Assembly (NCBI GenBank): GCA_031366795.1
Contig: JANLOX010000308.1
Span: 1-10,952, forward strand
Source: Candidatus Eiseniibacteriota bacterium
Lineage (GTDB): Bacteria > Eisenbacteria > RBG-16-71-46
Length of the DNA stretch: 10,952 nucleotides
Direction: 5' to 3'
Part shown: piece after piece, positions 5,748-10,952 of the stretch
How positions within the stretch are numbered: the first letter of the stretch is position 1
Layout: every line of letters starts with the position of its first letter
Notes under the pieces: generated by a model
What the model was told of the DNA's origin: nothing
Database searches by the model: none
The model's input: only the letters and a program-made list of their open reading frames with translations
Program-made: the position numbers and the translations under genes

Positions 5748-8700
5748 CTACGCCCCTTGGCTGCCGCGCAATCTTTCGTTGTCGATGAGCTGCCTGATCG
5801 CGCGCAAGGTAAGGTCCGCCTTGTCCAGTTCCCGCAGCACCGACCATTCACTTCTCAGTGACCGTGACAGGGCGACGGGCAAGGAACGCAGCCATGCGTC
5901 GATCGTCAGGTCCACGAACTCGCGCTTCTCCTCGAGGGTCAACTCGCGGGCCAGTAGCAGGCGATTGGCATCTTCGGCGTCGAGCAGTGTTTGAAGCACG
6001 GTCCAGCGCTTGCCCGGCTTCTCCACTGCCAGGGCCGCGAACGCGCCGCTCGAGGTGTCGCGAATCAACTCACTCTCGCGCGTGGCCCGGCTCTCGTGGT
6101 CCTTGGTCTCGTCCCAGCTGTCCGATTCCTCCGCGACGTAGCGCAAGTACATCATGGCGAACAGGCTGGTCGGCGCAACCAGTTCATCCCGCGCCTTCAC
6201 GTCGGCCCACAGTGAGGCAGCCGAGCGCAGCAGGTGCTTCTCGGTCGTCTCGGCGAAGCGGTGGCCGAACACCAGCGACACCGACTCTTTGACGAAAAAA
6301 GGCAGCTCGCTGGACATGATTTCGGAGTACCCGGGCACGAGTCGTTCGAGCACCACCGAGCCACGTTTGTCGAGGGCCGCCAGGTCCGAGGTCACGGCAG
6401 GAAGCCCCAGCGTTGTGCACGCCAGGTTGTAGACAATGGCGCGTGGCAGGGTGACACCCTCGGGCCACGCGTCGCGCAGGTCGCGATTGTCGGGCAGTAT
6501 TCCGCCGCCGCCCCACTCTTCGGGGTATTCGGGAATCGACCGGCTGTAATTGGTCGATCCGGTCGCACGAATGCGCACACGGGTCTGTGGCACGAGCCCG
6601 CCGAATGGTGCGATGATGGGGGCGATGCGTATCAACGTCTGGGTGTGCGCCTTGACGCCACTTTCCAGCAGGGTGGCCAATACCTCGTGGTCGGCAGCGT
6701 TGACCCTGACGGGCGCGCGTGTCTTTGCCGCGGCGGCGCGGTACTTCTGCGCCAAAGCGAGCGTGGCTTCCGGTGAATCGGCGCGAATGCCCTGCAGCGT
6801 GACTCCATCGGCATGGCTGAATTGCGCGATGACGCCTGCATGCCCGGGATCGAACCCGCCCCGGAAACCCGCGCGCCCGCTGCCGATGAGAAGGGTGACC
6901 TTCGGCACGGGAGCCGGGATACGCATGGCGCACTCGGCCAGCCGCCGCTCCGCCTCTTCTCGCCCCGCCAGGGCCAGGGTGTAGGCCGCGTCGGTGGCGA
7001 TCTTGCCGCTCTGCTCGGCGGTGTCCGACATCGCGATGAACACTCGCAGTCGCGCTTCACCGCCGTCGAAACGGGTGACGAACGTATCGGCGTTGGGCAG
7101 CCCCGTGATGCCGCGATTGCGCTCGAAGGCGACATAGAAGGCTTCCAGCAGGTCCGCCAGATGTGCGAGCGCCCCAACATTCTCGATCAGCGGCACCAGG
7201 CGCACCTTCGCCACCTTGGCCATCAACGCCGCGCGCTTCGACGCCGGAATTCTCGCCGACAGGAACCTGTCTACACGCTCGTCGGCGCCCTCGAACAGCC
7301 CTTCGACGGCCTGCAAGTAAAGAGTCCCTATCTTTTGCAGAGCCCCAATGTCGAATCTGGCGTTGACCTGCGGCACCGATAGCTCATTGATCGCGTTCTG
7401 CGAAGGCTCGAAGCCAAGCGTTTCGGCCGCCAGCAGGAAGAGAAAGTTGGCGCGTGCCACCGTCGCGAGCAGCTTGGAGATCTTCTCTTCGTCCTGCTCG
7501 AGCCACGGGTTAGGGACGCGGAAAAGCAGGTGTCGTTCCTCGCCAGGCACGATGCCGTATCGCAAGAGTGCCAGGACCACCTTCTCGGGCATGTCCAGCC
7601 ACTCGGCGCTGATGTTGCGGCCTTCGTAGTCCAGCAGCACTTCGTTGCACGCACCCAGCAGGTCGCCAAGCGTTTCATCGAACTCCTCGCGCGCTTTGAT
7701 GAGCGGGTTCCACTCCAGGTACGACAACGCGCGTCTGGCATGGCCCTCACCTCCGCCGGCCACCCGCTCGGCCAGCCGCAGCTGTTCGGCGCGATGGGTC
7801 GTGGAGTCGGGGTGCTTCGTGCCCGTGAGCCTCGGCGTCTCGCTGGTCGCGCCCTCCAGCCACTTTTCGCGGGCCGCCCTGAAGCTTTCCCTGTCGAGGG
7901 TGTCGAGAGCGGCGTAGCCAGCCTCGGTACACGTTGAGTTCCACACCAGGTCGGCCGGTGTCTTGAGGACAGCCGCGGGGGCGCTCGACCCGAGCCGCCC
8001 CTGGCGCTCGAGGCGCTCCTTGACTCGCTCCATGAAGACCGTCAATTCCTTCACGTCCTTCGATCCGTACGACAACCGCTGCCAGGTGCCGTAGCGTGCC
8101 GCCGAAGGTCCCGAGAACGCCGCGAAGGGAATGCCGCCCACGCGAGCGGTGACGAGGAAGTCGAAGGCGTCTTCGCTGGTCCTCACCACGGCACTCTCGC
8201 GGACACCGTTGCGCACGCGTTCGAACTTCTCGCCCACCAGGCCCGGGAAAGCCAGCGGCGAATAGAAGGTGCCCTCGAAGGGGGTGCGCTCCACGCCCAG
8301 CGACGCGAGTTCGTCGGCAGCGGCTGCCATGTAGTCGCGGCGCTCCCGCATGTAGGGCGAGGGCCGTCGCAACCTTGCCAGCGGGCTTTGCAGTGCCGCC
8401 AGCGCCCAGTCCTGTGCAAGCGTCGACGGGGTGGCCACCAACCACGCCGAGAGATTGGCAATGACCTCGCGGGCCATCACGCCGTTGCTCTTGATCTCGT
8501 CGCTCATCACCAGCCAGCACGCCCGTGCTCCGGTGGAGGCTCCGAACATGTCCATCTTCGACAGACCCGACAGCGTCACCACCCAGGGACGCCACTCAGG
8601 ATTGGAAAACGCCGGGTTGACGAACGCGCCGACGTAGTCGAGCCGCTGGTAAACAGCGTCGTAGAGCACGTAGGCCCTGTGCTTGACGCACACTCCCACC

Positions 8701-9323
8701 AACTCCTCCAGCAGTTTGCGCGGATAGACGCGACCGGTGGGGTTGTGGGGGTTGTTGATGATGACGCTCGAGATGCCGCCCTTAGCCAGCAGCTCTTCGA
8801 GCTCCTCCGGGTCGGGCAGGAAACTCGGCGAACTGGTCTGGAGCTCCACCAGCTTCTTGCCGGCGCGCTCGATGAACCAGTCGTACTCCCACGAGGGGCG
8901 GATGACGACAACGCCCGAGCCTTCAGCGCCCAGGACTTCCAACGCCATCACCAGGCCCGAGCGCGTGCCCGGCGTGAAGATGACCTCATCAGGCAGGAAG
9001 CGCACCTCGCTCGACGGATAGTCGATGAGGCCGTCGAAATTAAAGAACTCCGCCACCTCGCTGCGCACGTCCATGCGGCCCACGGCTGGGCCATAGCTGT
9101 GCACGCTGTTGCGAGTGATGCGCTGGGCTGCACGCGCGACCTCGGGATGCGGCGCGAAGTCCGCGTTCTTGTAGTCGCCCTGCGTGAGGTCGAGTGCCCC
9201 CACCTGCTGCACTCTGCGGGCAAACGCCCTGACCAACGGCTCGGGGGTGGCCATGGCCCTCACGGACAGCTGCATCTCGGGCGAAACCCCTTCGAGGCCA
9301 CCCCGTTCAACCATTCCTGTCAC
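5748..9323 (-). CDS. Bifunctional fusion: class I/II PLP aminotransferase (aspartate aminotransferase-like) plus archaeal-type phosphoenolpyruvate carboxylase (PpcA-like)
   Basis: Aminotransferase motifs: YGPAVG, FTPGTR, NNPHNPTG, YDAVY, SGLSK (K256), GAR and QRLSY. PpcA-like motifs in the expected order: PRLTGTKHPD, DYEGR, FRVPNPWLE, VPLIE, RVFIAMSD, GSGRAGFRGG, VTLQ, YSR, LPRAI..LGLP and terminal RGSQG. One open frame; the GTG start overlaps the upstream TGA. Confidence 0.88.
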   Translation of the reverse strand: MTGMVERGGLEGVSPEMQLSVRAMATPEPLVRAFARRVQQVGALDLTQGDYKNADFAPHPEVARAAQRITRNSVHSYGPAVGRMDVRSEVAEFFNFDGLIDYPSSEVRFLPDEVIFTPGTRSGLVMALEVLGAEGSGVVVIRPSWEYDWFIERAGKKLVELQTSSPSFLPDPEELEELLAKGGISSVIINNPHNPTGRVYPRKLLEELVGVCVKHRAYVLYDAVYQRLDYVGAFVNPAFSNPEWRPWVVTLSGLSKMDMFGASTGARACWLVMSDEIKSNGVMAREVIANLSAWLVATPSTLAQDWALAALQSPLARLRRPSPYMRERRDYMAAAADELASLGVERTPFEGTFYSPLAFPGLVGEKFERVRNGVRESAVVRTSEDAFDFLVTARVGGIPFAAFSGPSAARYGTWQRLSYGSKDVKELTVFMERVKERLERQGRLGSSAPAAVLKTPADLVWNSTCTEAGYAALDTLDRESFRAAREKWLEGATSETPRLTGTKHPDSTTHRAEQLRLAERVAGGGEGHARRALSYLEWNPLIKAREEFDETLGDLLGACNEVLLDYEGRNISAEWLDMPEKVVLALLRYGIVPGEERHLLFRVPNPWLEQDEEKISKLLATVARANFLFLLAAETLGFEPSQNAINELSVPQVNARFDIGALQKIGTLYLQAVEGLFEGADERVDRFLSARIPASKRAALMAKVAKVRLVPLIENVGALAHLADLLEAFYVAFERNRGITGLPNADTFVTRFDGGEARLRVFIAMSDTAEQSGKIATDAAYTLALAGREEAERRLAECAMRIPAPVPKVTLLIGSGRAGFRGGFDPGHAGVIAQFSHADGVTLQGIRADSPEATLALAQKYRAAAAKTRAPVRVNAADHEVLATLLESGVKAHTQTLIRIAPIIAPFGGLVPQTRVRIRATGSTNYSRSIPEYPEEWGGGGILPDNRDLRDAWPEGVTLPRAIVYNLACTTLGLPAVTSDLAALDKRGSVVLERLVPGYSEIMSSELPFFVKESVSLVFGHRFAETTEKHLLRSAASLWADVKARDELVAPTSLFAMMYLRYVAEESDSWDETKDHESRATRESELIRDTSSGAFAALAVEKPGKRWTVLQTLLDAEDANRLLLARELTLEEKREFVDLTIDAWLRSLPVALSRSLRSEWSVLRELDKADLTLRAIRQLIDNERLRGSQGA
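5751..7838 (-). other. ppcA: Archaeal-type PEP carboxylase-like domain (aa ~496-1191) of the fusion
   Basis: Catalytic His H504 in TKHPD, R602 in RVPNP, metal-ligand candidates E714 (PLIE) and D767 (MSD), R821 (FRGG) and R961 (LPRAI) match PpcA motifs recalled from memory (TQHPD, RVPNP, PLFE, RSD, FRG, LPRAI). Confidence 0.82.
8004..9266 (-). other. Aminotransferase class I/II domain (aa ~20-440) of the fusion
   Basis: PLP-Lys K256 (8556-8558), PLP-contacting N194, D222 and Y225, phosphate-binding R267, and alpha-carboxylate Arg R416 (8076-8078) are all present. Confidence 0.9.
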
Positions 9324-10951
9324 CGCCCCGGGTTCTGCATCAGATCCAGCATCCCCGGATCGCTCGATCCCTTCCCGCGCCCCTCCCCTTCATCCGGCAC
9401 GACATCGCCCTCACCCGGTGCCAGGAACAGATTCTTCTCGAGCCCATGCTGGCGGTCGTACAGGTCGCGGTAGCGGCCGTTCGCGGCGTACAGCTGCGCG
9501 TGATCGCCGCGTTCGACGATGCGGCCGGCTTCTACCACGAGGATCTGGTCGGCGCGGCGGATCGTCGAGAGGCGGTGGGCGATGACGAACGTGGTGCGGC
9601 CTTCCATCAGGTGGTTGAGCCCTGCTTGGATCAGGGCTTCGCTCTCGGAGTCGAGGCTCGAGGTGGCTTCGTCGAGGATGAGGATGCGCGGGTCGGCAAG
9701 GATGGCGCGAGCGATTGAGACGCGCTGGCGTTGGCCGCCGGAGAGTTTCACGCCGCGTTCGCCTACCACAGTGTCGAGGCCATCGGGGAACCGATCGGCG
9801 AATTCGTCGACACGGGCGATGCGGCAGGCTTCGCGGATCTGGAGCTCGGGCGCGTCGGGGTTCGAGAACGCCACGTTCTCGCGGATGGTGCCGGCGAACA
9901 GGAAGGTGTCCTGCAACACCACGCCCAACTGCGTGCGGTACGAGTCGAGGCGCACGCGCGACAGGTCGATGTTGTCGACGGTGACGGTGCCGCGCCCTGG
10001 TGAATGGAACGCGGAGACCAATCCGATGATCGTCGACTTGCCTGAACCGGATGAGCCGACGAGCGCGGTCACAGTACCCGCGGGCGAGTCGAACGACACG
10101 TCGTGCAGGACGGGCTTATCGGTTTCGTAGGCGAAGTCGACGTGGTCGAACTTCACGTCGCCCTTGATCACGGGCAGCACGCTTGTGCGATTCGGGTCGG
10201 CGTCTTCGCGCGTCTCGCTCAGCACTTCGCGCGTGCGTTCGAGGCCGGCGAGCGCTTCGGTCAACTGCGTGCCGATCGCCACGACCTGGAAGATCGGCGC
10301 GATCAGGAAGCCGAGGAACAACGTGTACGAGAAGTAACCACCGAGCGTGAGGGTGCCCTTCAAGATGCCGCTGGCGCCGAAGAACATGATCACGGCGCCG
10401 ACCAGGCCCAGCAGCAGCGAGCTCGACAGCTGCATCACCGACTGCGCAGTAAGTGTCGCGAGCACGTTGTCGAGCAGGCGCTTCACGCCCGCGGCGAATA
10501 CGTTCTGCTCGCGCTGCTCGGCGTGATAGCCCTTCACGGTGCGAATGGCGCCGAGTGATTCGGTGAGGCGGCCGGTGACGTCGGCGTTGATCTTGCCGCG
10601 CTCGCGGAAGATCGGGCGTAGCACGGTGAAGGCGCGGCTTAAGACCACGGTGAAGCCGATCAGCACGCTCGCGGCGACCAGCGTCATCGGCATATTGATC
10701 TGCAGCAGCACGACCAGTGACAGCGCCGCGGTGAGTAGCCCGCCCGCGAACTCCACGAGGCCGGTGCCGATCAGGTTACGCACGCCTTCGACGTCGGTCA
10801 TGATGCGCGATACAAGCGATCCCGTCTTGTTGCTGTCGAAGTAGGAGACCGACAACCGCGAGACATGCGCTTGCACGCGGCTGCGCATCTCGGCGATCAG
10901 GCGCTGCGCTTCCTTCGAGAGCAACTGCGTCAGCGTGTAGGACGAAGCGCC
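9320..10951 (-). CDS. ABC exporter, fused permease/ATPase (MsbA/MdlB-like), 5' end beyond the window
   Basis: TM domain followed by Walker A GSSGSGKST, Q-loop VLQD, signature LSGGQRQR, Walker B ILILDEATSSLD and H-loop IAHRLS. The frame stays open to the window edge (GASSYTLTQLLSK), so TTG 10924 is not the real start. Confidence 0.95.
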   Translation of the reverse strand, partial: GASSYTLTQLLSKEAQRLIAEMRSRVQAHVSRLSVSYFDSNKTGSLVSRIMTDVEGVRNLIGTGLVEFAGGLLTAALSLVVLLQINMPMTLVAASVLIGFTVVLSRAFTVLRPIFRERGKINADVTGRLTESLGAIRTVKGYHAEQREQNVFAAGVKRLLDNVLATLTAQSVMQLSSSLLLGLVGAVIMFFGASGILKGTLTLGGYFSYTLFLGFLIAPIFQVVAIGTQLTEALAGLERTREVLSETREDADPNRTSVLPVIKGDVKFDHVDFAYETDKPVLHDVSFDSPAGTVTALVGSSGSGKSTIIGLVSAFHSPGRGTVTVDNIDLSRVRLDSYRTQLGVVLQDTFLFAGTIRENVAFSNPDAPELQIREACRIARVDEFADRFPDGLDTVVGERGVKLSGGQRQRVSIARAILADPRILILDEATSSLDSESEALIQAGLNHLMEGRTTFVIAHRLSTIRRADQILVVEAGRIVERGDHAQLYAANGRYRDLYDRQHGLEKNLFLAPGEGDVVPDEGEGRGKGSSDPGMLDLMQNPGR

Positions 10952-10952
10952 T

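Noticed and set aside
7839..8003. Possibility that the 1191-aa ORF is two genes joined by a lost stop
   Set aside because: There is no ATG ahead of the PEPC-like domain, and the linker reads as ordinary protein in the same frame. An assembly artefact cannot be fully excluded without reads.
8388..10558. Plus-strand ORFs of 361, 203, 151 and 133 aa
   Set aside because: Antisense to motif-rich genes. Long stop-free shadow frames are expected at high GC, and they contain no recognisable motifs.

Overview
GC-rich bacterial chromosomal window with 8 supportable CDSs and no rRNA, tRNA, CRISPR or mobile element. Plus strand, left: an orphan lipoprotein and a secreted DUF1028 (Ntn-hydrolase-like) protein with a TPR-like tail. 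Minus strand: a coupled operon of a LiaF-like membrane protein, a LytS-type histidine kinase and a LytTR regulator, with a 21-bp-period direct repeat upstream that looks like its own LytTR box. Divergent from it: a histone-H1-like protein with a basic block and an acidic tail. Minus strand, right: a partial ABC exporter coupled (GTGA overlap) to a 1191-aa ORF. That ORF is the highlight: an uninterrupted fusion of a class I/II PLP aminotransferase (aa ~20-440) to a divergent archaeal-type PEP carboxylase (PpcA-like, aa ~496-1191). It could be a single-chain PEP + HCO3- -> oxaloacetate -> aspartate enzyme. All family calls come from motif recognition by eye; no searches were run.
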